Source: an uncultured Solibacteraceae bacterium
GTDB lineage: Bacteria > Acidobacteriota > Vicinamibacteria > Vicinamibacterales > SCN-69-37
DNA length: 64,000 bases
NCBI GenBank assembly: GCA_964343975.1
Contig: CAYFLU010000002.1
Span: 7,082-71,081 of the forward strand
Direction: 5' to 3'
Positions 35,104 to 43,684 of the stretch are shown piece by piece (the first letter of the stretch is position 1; every line of letters starts with the position of its first letter). The notes below the pieces were generated by a model. The model had not been told where the DNA came from, did not search any database, and saw nothing but the letters and a program-made list of their open reading frames with translations. The translations under genes and the position numbers were made by a program.

Positions 35104-36978
35104 ATGCTGATGAAGCCCCGCGACGTGTTGCGAGACGAGATGGCGGTCTTCGGCATCCGACGCTTCGCCGTGCTCGTGGACGATTCCACGGACCCGTCAT
35201 GGCTGACCGACCTCGTCGATGAGGGATGCGTCGGCTTCTACACCTGTACGCTGGCCTGTGCCGGAACCCAGCTCCTGGGGCGGACCGTTGTCCTGCTTGA
35301 CGGGCTGGCGGCGCTCCCGGCGTGCCATGGTTGGATCCTCGCCACGGGGTCCAAGGCGGTGTACGCACTCACGCAATGGCTCTGGGATGCCGGGCGTGGG
35401 CACGAGGTCGTGTTGCCCCTTGTGCTGGATCGCGTCACGCGGATCTTTTCTTACATCGATTTCTTCAAGGGCGAGACCGCGACACAGGTCTATGTCCACA
35501 ACATCTTCGAACGCGCCTACAAGATTCACTTCCCGGTGGCGCTGCGCTTCGTGTTGCGATCCGACACAGGCGCGGTGATGGCGGCCTCGCAGCGTTTACT
35601 CGGTCCGGGGCACACGGTCGTATTTGACAGCGCCGACTTCGACGTCTCCGAACCGTTTGCGGGCTATCTGGAACTGCATGCGGATGTGCGCCATTTCAAC
35701 GGTGAGATCTCGCCGTTTCTCCATCTGAACGCCGACTACATCTCCGCAGACGCGATGACCACGGTGCACTCGTCCGGGTACGGTCCCTGGCCGGCCGGTT
35801 CAGAGTTCTGCCGCGGCCTGTTTCCGCCCGAACCGGAGCGACGGCTGACGGTGTCGATGTACAACCACGTCAATGCGGAGCCCATTCGGCCGAAGGCGAT
35901 CCTGCGGGCCACGCTCGACGGCGAGCGCGTGCGTGTCACGCGGGATTTGCCGGCCGTGCCACATCGGCACATGGTGTTCGCCGATCTGAGCGCGCTGTTT
36001 GCCGACGAGTTTGCGCGAGGCGCCACGGCTGCGGATGCGATTGTCGTGCCGGACAAGCCCATGCACCGGCCGAACTTCTACTACCACCGCAAGGATCGCC
36101 GGTGGTCGTGGGATAGCGTGGAGCACTCGGCCGCGCCCGTTGAAACGGTGCTGCCGGACGCGCGCCGAACGCAACTGCGTGCACACGGGCTGCATCCGTG
36201 GGTGGCGCCGCTACCTGTGCTGCCGCCCGAGCAAGAGCTGGACACCAAGCTCTACTTTTTTGAGGAAGGGCCGGCGCAGCTGCACGACTTCCGCTTTCGG
36301 GCCTACGACGATCAGGGGGCCTGCGTTCTGGACGTCGACGAGACGATTCCGTTCGGCCGGATTCTCAACGTGAACGAGTGGGTCGCGCGGCGTGGACTGA
36401 CGACGTGCCGGATGGTCACGCTCGTGCCGAGCGACCGGGCGCCGATGATTCCGGCGGCGTACCAGATCATGGGTGGCTTCGCGTCTCGGCGACATCCGGG
36501 GCCGACCGCCACGCTCCTGGCCGGCACGCATGCGGCCAATGTGCCGATTGAAGTCGACCGGTCCACGCGTCCGGCGAGCTGGTCGCATCCGATGGTTCCG
36601 ATTCATAACACCGAGGTGTTCGGCAAGGCGCGCGTGGGCGAGGAATTCGATACGACGGTGGTGCTCTACAACATGAGTCCGTCGGATCACTACACGCGCG
36701 TGGCCCGATGCGAGGTTGATGTCGTGACATGGGACGGCCGCGCCACCCGCTTCTTCCGTGATGTGCCGCCGAATGGATCCATCGCATTCTCGGTGAGTGA
36801 ACTCATTGCGGAAGGCCGAGTGCGGTCGAATCGCGACGACTTCACCCTCTGGGTGTACTGCCGCGACTGCTTCGTTTACGGCTACCACGTGGTCCGACGC
36901 CGCCGCGACGATGCGCTGGGCATCGAGCACTTCTATTACAGCCGGTTCAATGTGCCGGAGTCGCCGAATGGCGCGTGA
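35104..36978 (+). CDS. Large hypothetical protein (624 aa) with internal repeat-like modules and no domain I recognise
   Basis: It is a long ORF. Repeated segments are visible, for example TVSMYNHVNAEP..LDGERVRVTRDLPAVPHRHMVFADLSALF versus TVVLYNMSPSDH..WDGRATRFFRDVPPNGSIAFSVSELI. Confidence 0.6.
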   Translation: MLMKPRDVLRDEMAVFGIRRFAVLVDDSTDPSWLTDLVDEGCVGFYTCTLACAGTQLLGRTVVLLDGLAALPACHGWILATGSKAVYALTQWLWDAGRGHEVVLPLVLDRVTRIFSYIDFFKGETATQVYVHNIFERAYKIHFPVALRFVLRSDTGAVMAASQRLLGPGHTVVFDSADFDVSEPFAGYLELHADVRHFNGEISPFLHLNADYISADAMTTVHSSGYGPWPAGSEFCRGLFPPEPERRLTVSMYNHVNAEPIRPKAILRATLDGERVRVTRDLPAVPHRHMVFADLSALFADEFARGATAADAIVVPDKPMHRPNFYYHRKDRRWSWDSVEHSAAPVETVLPDARRTQLRAHGLHPWVAPLPVLPPEQELDTKLYFFEEGPAQLHDFRFRAYDDQGACVLDVDETIPFGRILNVNEWVARRGLTTCRMVTLVPSDRAPMIPAAYQIMGGFASRRHPGPTATLLAGTHAANVPIEVDRSTRPASWSHPMVPIHNTEVFGKARVGEEFDTTVVLYNMSPSDHYTRVARCEVDVVTWDGRATRFFRDVPPNGSIAFSVSELIAEGRVRSNRDDFTLWVYCRDCFVYGYHVVRRRRDDALGIEHFYYSRFNVPESPNGA

Positions 36979-38104
36979 CGTGGGCGGCCGGCTGGTCGGC
37001 CTGTTGGTCGTGATCGGGCTCGCCGCGGCATGCGGGGGGCGCGCGCCGGCGCCGTTGAACATCGGACTCCTGGTGCCGCTGACGGGGCGAGCCGCGCCGC
37101 AGGGCGAATACGCACGCAACGGCGCGGAGTTGGCCGTGCGTGAGATCAATGCCGCTGGCGGTGTCCAAGGGCGGTCTGTGCAGTTGGTTGCCGAGGACAG
37201 CCAGTCGACCGAAGCTGGCGGTGTGCCGGCGTATCAGAAGCTGTCGGTCGCCGACCGTGTCGCGGTCTCGGTGGGGCTCTTGAACCCCGTGGTGGTCCAG
37301 GCGGCCGGCCTGGCGGCGCGGCACGACACGATTCTGTTGAATCTGGACGCTCAGGACCCGCAGTTGCGCAAGCTCGACAGTGCGCATGTCTTCTCGCTCG
37401 TGCCGGATGCGACGATGGAAGCATCGCGCATGGCGCGCTACGCGTTCGAGACCGCGCACTGGCGCCGCGTGGCCACGATGTATCTCGAGAATGATCCCGG
37501 CGTGACGGCCGTCCGCGCGTTTGCCGAGGCGTTCCGTCGACTGGGCGGAACGATCGTCCTCGAGGAGATGGTGGACAAGAACAAGGAACTGGCGAAACTG
37601 CCGGAGTCGATGGCGCGTGTCCGCGCCGCGGCCGCGGACGCCATCTACCTCGTCGCGCCGCCGCGATTGAAGTTCAGGGCGCTGCGCTTTGCCGATGACG
37701 CGGGCTGGCGAGCGACGTGGTTGACCGATGCGTCGATGGAACTCGACGCGCAGTCGGAGGCGCTCGGCCGGATCGCCGACGGCGTGACCTACACGTTCGT
37801 GCGTCCGTTCATCGCGGAGGGGGCGGACGCGGCGCGGTTCGACGCCGCGTATCGGCGTCGGTACGCCATCGCGCCCGAGCATTACGCGGCCACCGCCTAT
37901 GAGGCGGTCTATGCCATCAAGGCGGCGGTTGAGCGTGCCCACGGTGGCGTCGCCGGTGAGGCGTTGTCCCAAGGCCTCCAGGACGCGCCGATTGCGGGGC
38001 TTTCCCAACCGCTGGACTTTCGGGCATCCCGGTTTCTCGATCGTCCGCTGGAAGTCCGGCGCATCGGGGCAAAGGGCAGTGTCGTGATCGAGGGAGCGCG
38101 GTGA
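36968..38104 (+). CDS. Periplasmic solute-binding lipoprotein, Leu/Ile/Val-binding (Peripla_BP_6) type
   Basis: It has a signal peptide with a lipobox (LLVVIGLAAAC). Family motifs are IGLLVPLTGRAAPQGEYARNGAELAVREINAAGGVQGRSVQLV.EDSQS. Internal ATG 36968 overlaps the upstream gene by 11 nt. Confidence 0.75.
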   Translation: MARDVGGRLVGLLVVIGLAAACGGRAPAPLNIGLLVPLTGRAAPQGEYARNGAELAVREINAAGGVQGRSVQLVAEDSQSTEAGGVPAYQKLSVADRVAVSVGLLNPVVVQAAGLAARHDTILLNLDAQDPQLRKLDSAHVFSLVPDATMEASRMARYAFETAHWRRVATMYLENDPGVTAVRAFAEAFRRLGGTIVLEEMVDKNKELAKLPESMARVRAAAADAIYLVAPPRLKFRALRFADDAGWRATWLTDASMELDAQSEALGRIADGVTYTFVRPFIAEGADAARFDAAYRRRYAIAPEHYAATAYEAVYAIKAAVERAHGGVAGEALSQGLQDAPIAGLSQPLDFRASRFLDRPLEVRRIGAKGSVVIEGAR

Positions 38105-38697
38105 TGCGGCGAGGGTGGATACGGTTCGCGGTCGTGGCCCTGATGTTCGTCGGGCCGATGATGATCGGCCGGTGGTACTACCGGTTGGAGGCTCCGCCGG
38201 ACAGCGGCGTCTACGTTGAGACGGACCACGACTATCAGGCGACGCTCGTCGACGCGGATCGGGCGCTGGACGTGGTCCCGGGGTACGCGCCGACGGGGCC
38301 CGGCGCGTCCGCTTCGGCGTTGCACTCGCCGGCGCTCGTGCGCACCCGGAAGTTGCGCTTCTTCGTGGTGGCGCCCGAGGGCGATCCGTTGCTGGGGCAG
38401 GTGAAAGCCGCGAAGCTGCTCACGTTTGCTGCCGACGGGCACAACGATGATTTTCGTGCGAACGCCGTGGAATTGGCGGCTACCGTGACGCCCATCAACA
38501 AAGGGGCATATGTCGTGTCGTCACCAGAACTGGCCGAGGGGTGGGGGCCGGACCGGGCCGTATTCCGTGAATGGGAAGCGGCACTGAAGCGTCTCGACAG
38601 CCCCCGCGGTGCGATCGAAGTCCTCGTCGGCCTCGAGCTGCGTGACGCGCGCGGCGACGCACATCTCTACTCTGTGCGCGTGGGGCCCCCGCGATGA
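38101..38697 (+). CDS. Hypothetical protein with a single N-terminal membrane anchor
   Basis: GTG 38101 forms a GTGA junction. IRFAVVALMFVGPMMIG is a hydrophobic N-terminal helix. I recognise no other motif. Confidence 0.45.
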   Translation: MMRRGWIRFAVVALMFVGPMMIGRWYYRLEAPPDSGVYVETDHDYQATLVDADRALDVVPGYAPTGPGASASALHSPALVRTRKLRFFVVAPEGDPLLGQVKAAKLLTFAADGHNDDFRANAVELAATVTPINKGAYVVSSPELAEGWGPDRAVFREWEAALKRLDSPRGAIEVLVGLELRDARGDAHLYSVRVGPPR

Positions 38698-41600
38698 CCC
38701 GCGTCCGACGATTCGTTCCGTGGGTGTCCGCGCTGCTCATGCTGGCCGGACTGGCACGGTTCATCCAGAACGGGCTGATTCCGGCGACGCGATTGTCGCT
38801 CGGCGATTTTCGCGCCAGCTTTCCAACCGAGTATTTCGCGTGGCTGCGGCCCGACTTTCCCACCACGATGGTCTGGCCCGGTTGGACCTACGGTCCGGTC
38901 CTGCACTTCGTGACGCTGCCGCTGTTCCTCGTGCCGCGCTGGTCGATGGTCGGCACGGTGTGGGCCGCGGTCAATCTCTGCGCGTTGATGGCGAGCTTCG
39001 TCTATGCGTGCCGACTCTCCGGGGCGGAGCGGCGCGTGTCGTGGAACACGCTGGCGGTCTTGCTCGGGTTGTGGTGTTGGTTCAAACCGCTGCAGTCCTG
39101 CTTTGAGCAGGGCAACATCGAGATCCTCGAAATGGCCGTGACGCTGGCGGCCGTGGTGCGCTTCACCCGCGGCCGTGAGACCGACCCCGGCGTGTTGCTG
39201 GGGACCGCCACGATGATGAAGTTCGCGCCGGTCGGATTTCTCGGCTGGATGGGCCTGCGTGGGCGCTGGCGCGTCGTCAATGCCGGATTCATCACGATCG
39301 TGCTGCTTGCGGCCGCCGCCCAGCTGACGCTGGGGTGGGAGAACAACGGCCTGTGGCTGCGCTCCTTGTGGCTGCGTGGGGTACCGCAGATCAACGCCGA
39401 CACACAGACGGTGATTTCGACGTTCCTGCATCGCGCGGGCGTCCTGGATCTCACCGATGGCTACTTCTTGCAGCGGTGGTTCCCGGATGCCCGCGCCGCA
39501 GTGGCGGCGCGCGCCGGCAGCGTGGCGAGTCTGGCGTTCGCGTGCGGGTTTGGCGCGCTGCTCTGGCTCCGTCGGCGATCGCGTGTGTCACCCGTCGAGT
39601 TGTCGGCGCTGTTCGTGCCGATGATTCTGTTGCCGACGTCGAATCATCAGTACTACTTCATCTTCGCGTTGATTCCGTTCACGGTGCTGTTTCTGCGGGC
39701 GGCGGCCGATCGGCAGTGGGGCCTGTTGAGCGCGACACTGATCTGTTACCTCCTCTTGTCGCCGCCACTCCGTCTCACCGGGGGCGACCTGCACGCCTAT
39801 TTCCAGACGCCGTTCTTTTACGTGCTGCACTACAACTCCGTGATGGCATACGGGGCGTTGGGGTTGTGGGCCGTGGCCACGTATCAGATGCTCGGCGAGC
39901 CTGACGCACTTCCTCGTCCCTGGTGGTGGCGCGGCGCGGCGCGTTGGGTCGTCGTCGCCGCCGTGATCGTGATCAGTGGTGTCGGCGTATCGTCGTGGTG
40001 GCAGGGCCGTGCGCGGCGTCATCAGCCCGTGGCGTCCGAGGACCTCGTGGTGGCCGCCGGACTGCGCTTGTCATCGACGGCCTCGCTGGCGATGTCGGCG
40101 GATGGCACCCGCCTCGCGTTTGTGACGAACGACGGCCGCTTGTGCGCGCGTGAACTGGCGACCCGCGCCGAACGTTGCTGGGATGAGCACAGCGGGGCTG
40201 ATCGTCTCGCGGCGGATCCCTCCGGTCCCTTCTTCTCATCTGACGGCCGCTGGATCGGGTTCTTTTCTCGCGGATATCTGCGGAAGGTCCCCGCGGCCGG
40301 CGGTGCGGTCGAGGCCATCAATGGCGGAGGCGGGGGACTGGCGGCGGAGTGGTTACCGGACGAATCCATTCTGTACGCGTCGGTGACGGGCATCATGCGG
40401 ATGCGTCCCCGGAGCACGGCAGAAGTGCTGGTGCCGCAACGACCGGACGAAGGCCGGTACACGACGCCCACGCTGTCGGCGTCCGGGCAGACGGTCTACT
40501 TCACGATTCTCCCGCCCGGGGGCAGTCGCGGCGCGGGCACGATCGTCGCGCAGTCGCTCGTGACCGGCCAACGGAAGGTTTTGGGCGTCGGCATCAATCC
40601 CCGGGTGGATCGGGCGGGACGACGTCTGCTCTTTGTGCAAGGACGTCGATTGGTTGCCGTCGCATTCCGAAACGATGAGCTCGAGATCGAGGACTTGTCC
40701 GTGCCGGTGGCGACTGATGTCTTCGTTTCGGGCAATGGCGGGGCCGCGTACGGCGTGAGTACCGACGATACGCTGGCGTACGTGACGGATCGCGCGTCGG
40801 AGGGGAACGCTTTCCAGTTCATCCGCGTTGATCGGACGGGGCATGAAGAGCCGCTGCCGATTCCGCCGCAGCCGGTGGCGACCTTCAGCCTCTCTCCCAA
40901 CGGGCGGTATCTGGCGGCTTCCGTGATGTCTTCCGAAACCGACATCTGGGTGTGGGACCTGGTGACGGGGCGACGGGAACGCATGGCGGCTGATGCCAAT
41001 GCGAATGACTCACCGATCTTCATCGAGGATGGCGCGACGGTGGCGTTCACGGCCTCCGGATCACCCTTGCGCTGGTCGACGATTCTGAAGTCGCGCCTGG
41101 GTGATGGCGGTCGCATCAATGCAACCGTGTGGGACGCGGGCTCCCGCGACCGCCTGTCTGTTCCGCTCCTGCGCTCCGTCGCACCGGATGGGACGCTGGT
41201 CGGCACGTTGGGCGGCGATCTGTGGTTCCACGGCCCCGCGCTCAGTCCCCGGATTTCGGTTGTGCATACCCCGACCTCCGTTGATCAGACGCAAGTCACG
41301 ATCACGGCGCCCGCCGTGTCGCCGGACGGTAAGTGGATCGCGTACTCGTCGAACCGAACCGGCAAGTATCAGGTGTGGGTGCAGCCGTTCCCGGCGCTCG
41401 ATCGCTTCATTCAAGTGTCCGTGGCCGGCGGCACCGAGCCCGTGTGGAGTCGCGATGGTCGTGAACTGGTCTTCCGCGGCTGGAATCCGCAGAGCAATAC
41501 GTTCGGTGTGTTGGCAGCGACGGTGACGCCCGGGGCGTCCGCGCAGGTCGCGACGCCGGTGACGTTGTTCGGGGAGCCGCGCGAGTGGGGGGCCCTGGCG

Positions 41601-41714
41601 GGTTTTGCCATGGAACCCGACGGGCGGCATTTCATCATGATTCGCCGCGTCGAAAGTCCGGCAGCCACTCCGCTGCGCGTGGTCCGTCGCTGGGCCGCCC
41701 GGCTCGTGCAGTAA
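38694..41714 (+). CDS. Fusion protein: N-terminal polytopic GT-C-like domain (DUF2029/GT87-like) plus a C-terminal TolB/PD40-type beta-propeller
   Basis: The N-terminal 430 aa or so contain many TM segments, including WTYGPVLHFVTLPLFLV and TATMMKFAPVGFLGWM (DUF2029-like). The C-terminal part has repeated blades: SADGTRLAFV, SSDGRWIGFF, LSASGQTVYFT, LSPNGRYLAAS, VSPDGKWIAYSSNRTGKYQVWVQPF, and WSRDGRELVF. Confidence 0.7.
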   Translation: MTRVRRFVPWVSALLMLAGLARFIQNGLIPATRLSLGDFRASFPTEYFAWLRPDFPTTMVWPGWTYGPVLHFVTLPLFLVPRWSMVGTVWAAVNLCALMASFVYACRLSGAERRVSWNTLAVLLGLWCWFKPLQSCFEQGNIEILEMAVTLAAVVRFTRGRETDPGVLLGTATMMKFAPVGFLGWMGLRGRWRVVNAGFITIVLLAAAAQLTLGWENNGLWLRSLWLRGVPQINADTQTVISTFLHRAGVLDLTDGYFLQRWFPDARAAVAARAGSVASLAFACGFGALLWLRRRSRVSPVELSALFVPMILLPTSNHQYYFIFALIPFTVLFLRAAADRQWGLLSATLICYLLLSPPLRLTGGDLHAYFQTPFFYVLHYNSVMAYGALGLWAVATYQMLGEPDALPRPWWWRGAARWVVVAAVIVISGVGVSSWWQGRARRHQPVASEDLVVAAGLRLSSTASLAMSADGTRLAFVTNDGRLCARELATRAERCWDEHSGADRLAADPSGPFFSSDGRWIGFFSRGYLRKVPAAGGAVEAINGGGGGLAAEWLPDESILYASVTGIMRMRPRSTAEVLVPQRPDEGRYTTPTLSASGQTVYFTILPPGGSRGAGTIVAQSLVTGQRKVLGVGINPRVDRAGRRLLFVQGRRLVAVAFRNDELEIEDLSVPVATDVFVSGNGGAAYGVSTDDTLAYVTDRASEGNAFQFIRVDRTGHEEPLPIPPQPVATFSLSPNGRYLAASVMSSETDIWVWDLVTGRRERMAADANANDSPIFIEDGATVAFTASGSPLRWSTILKSRLGDGGRINATVWDAGSRDRLSVPLLRSVAPDGTLVGTLGGDLWFHGPALSPRISVVHTPTSVDQTQVTITAPAVSPDGKWIAYSSNRTGKYQVWVQPFPALDRFIQVSVAGGTEPVWSRDGRELVFRGWNPQSNTFGVLAATVTPGASAQVATPVTLFGEPREWGALAGFAMEPDGRHFIMIRRVESPAATPLRVVRRWAARLVQ

Positions 41715-41723
41715 AGTGTAGCG

Positions 41724-42749
41724 ATGAGTGATCCGACCTTCACGGCCTTGCGCCGCCACGTCGATGATCAGGCGCGGCGGCAGCGCTTGCTCGACATCGA
41801 GTCGAGTCTGACGGAACACGACTTCCCGCCGCAGTTGGTGATCGAGAACACGTCGTACTGCAACATGACGTGCGTGCACTGCTGCCACAAGGAAATGCAG
41901 CGGCCGCAGCGGCACATGGAGGAGGCGCTGTGGCGCAAGATCGTCGACGAGATCGGCCGGGAGGCGCCCGATTGCGAGGTGTGGCCGACGTTCTACGGGG
42001 AAGCCTTCATCCTCGGTGACCGGCTCTGGGAGCGGCTCGACTACGCCGCCAAGGCCGGGTGCCGGAATCTCGTGCTGAATTCGAACGGGACCCTGTTGAA
42101 CCGCAACGAGAACATCGACAAGGTGTTGGCCTCACCGTTGCGTCGCTTCATTCTCAGTCTCGACGGCTTCACGAAAGAGACGTTCGAGAAGATTCGTGTC
42201 AAAGGAAAGCACGAACTGATCTTTCCGGCCGTGGAAGAACTCTGCCGGCGTCGTCTTGAACGCGGCCAGACCTACCCGGTGGTGATCACCCAGTTCTCGG
42301 TGATGAAGGAGAACGCGGCCGAGGCCGCGGAGTTCGCCGAGTTCTGGCGCGAACGCGGCGCCGAGGTGAAGTTCCGCCCGATGCTCGAGTGGACGGCGAG
42401 TGGCTCGGTGCGCACGGACACGATTTCGCATGACACCGATTTCCGCATCGCGTGTCCTTGGGCCAGCAGCACCATGGCCGTGCATCAGGATGGCTCGGTC
42501 GTGGCGTGCGCCGTCGACTACGACGGACACGTCAAGGTGGCGAATCTCAACGAGGTCTCGATCCGAGAGGCGTGGCGTCGGTTGGGCGAGGTGATCCGCC
42601 GTCCGCACCGCGAGCATCGGTGGGCCGACCTGCCCGCCCTCTGTCAGGGATGTGGTGATTGGCAGTCGGCCGGCTCCAGCTACGACGACGAGCAGGTCAG
42701 CAACACGCGCCCGTTCTGGTACTACGAGGAGCGGCAGAACCGGACATGA
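41724..42749 (+). CDS. Radical SAM protein with a SPASM/twitch-type C-terminal Cys-rich domain
   Basis: The cluster motif is ENTSYCNMTCVHCCHK (CX3CX2C). C-terminal Cys motifs are CPWASSTMAVHQDGSVVACAVDYDG and LCQGCGDW. Confidence 0.8.
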   Translation: MSDPTFTALRRHVDDQARRQRLLDIESSLTEHDFPPQLVIENTSYCNMTCVHCCHKEMQRPQRHMEEALWRKIVDEIGREAPDCEVWPTFYGEAFILGDRLWERLDYAAKAGCRNLVLNSNGTLLNRNENIDKVLASPLRRFILSLDGFTKETFEKIRVKGKHELIFPAVEELCRRRLERGQTYPVVITQFSVMKENAAEAAEFAEFWRERGAEVKFRPMLEWTASGSVRTDTISHDTDFRIACPWASSTMAVHQDGSVVACAVDYDGHVKVANLNEVSIREAWRRLGEVIRRPHREHRWADLPALCQGCGDWQSAGSSYDDEQVSNTRPFWYYEERQNRT

Positions 42750-43681
42750 TCCCGTTTGCGCAGGCCACGCTGACCGTTGTCACTCCGGTGTATCGCAATG
42801 CGCGCACGCTGGAGGAGCTGACGCGTCAGGTGTTCGAGGTGGCGGGACCGCGGTTCGCGTCCGTCGAATACATCTTCGTGAACGACGGTTCACCGGATGA
42901 CTCGCGCCAGGTGCTCCGGCGGATGGCCGACGCGGATCGCCGCGTGAAGGTGATCAACTTCGCACGGAACTTCGGCCAGCACACGGCGCTGATGGCGGGG
43001 ATGCGGGCGGCGGCGGGCGACTACATTCTCATGATCGATGGCGATCTCGAAGAGTCGCCGTCTGACCTGCCCGCGTTCATGGCCAAGATGTCCGAAGGAT
43101 TCGAGATCGTGGTGGGCGAGCGCCTCAATCGTCGACGCACGTGGCTGCGCGCGACGCTGAGCCGGACGTACACCGCGCTCTTCAACGCGCTGTCGGATTA
43201 CAAGATCATCGACAACACGACGGACATGCGCCTGATGACGCGGCGCTACGTGTCGTACCTCACCAGCTTCAGCGAGCGGCCGTTTCTCGCGGGTATCACG
43301 GCGTGGGTGGGGTTGCCGGTGGGGCTCATTCCCGTGACGTTCCGTGAACGCACCGAGTCGAGCTACAACTTTCGCCGGTTGATCCAGCATGCGCGGGTCG
43401 GTGTGTTGGGATTTTCCAATCGGCCGATTCGGCTGGCGATGGCGTTCGGGCTGGCGTTGTGCGGTTCATCGGCGGCCTACGGTCTCTACGTGATGGCCCT
43501 GCATTTCCTGCGCGGGGGCATCGCGGCGGGCTTCACCACCATCGTGGTGCTGTTTGCGTTCCTGCTCGGGGCCCAGTTCGTATTCATCGGGTTGCTCGGC
43601 GAGTACATCGGCGAGATCTTCATCGCGACAAAGCAGCGGCCCAGCCACCTCATCTACGATCGATTCGGATTCGACGACTAA
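42746..43681 (+). CDS. GT2 polyprenyl-phosphate glycosyltransferase (ArnC/GtrB/DPM1-like) with two C-terminal TM helices
   Basis: ATG 42746 forms an ATGA junction. Motifs are LTVVTPVYRNA, YIFVNDGSPDDS, NFGQHTALMAGM, and ILMIDGDLEESP. The tail is hydrophobic (LAMAFGLALCGSSAAYGLYV and TTIVVLFAFLLGAQFVFIGLLGEYIG). Confidence 0.8.
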   Translation: MIPFAQATLTVVTPVYRNARTLEELTRQVFEVAGPRFASVEYIFVNDGSPDDSRQVLRRMADADRRVKVINFARNFGQHTALMAGMRAAAGDYILMIDGDLEESPSDLPAFMAKMSEGFEIVVGERLNRRRTWLRATLSRTYTALFNALSDYKIIDNTTDMRLMTRRYVSYLTSFSERPFLAGITAWVGLPVGLIPVTFRERTESSYNFRRLIQHARVGVLGFSNRPIRLAMAFGLALCGSSAAYGLYVMALHFLRGGIAAGFTTIVVLFAFLLGAQFVFIGLLGEYIGEIFIATKQRPSHLIYDRFGFDD

Positions 43682-43684
43682 GTC

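Noticed and set aside
41724-42749. The radical SAM/SPASM gene read as the core of a RiPP cluster.
   Set aside because: There is no room for a precursor-peptide ORF. The spacer upstream is 9 bp and the junction downstream is ATGA. No protease or RiPP transporter lies adjacent, and both flanking genes are glycosylation enzymes.
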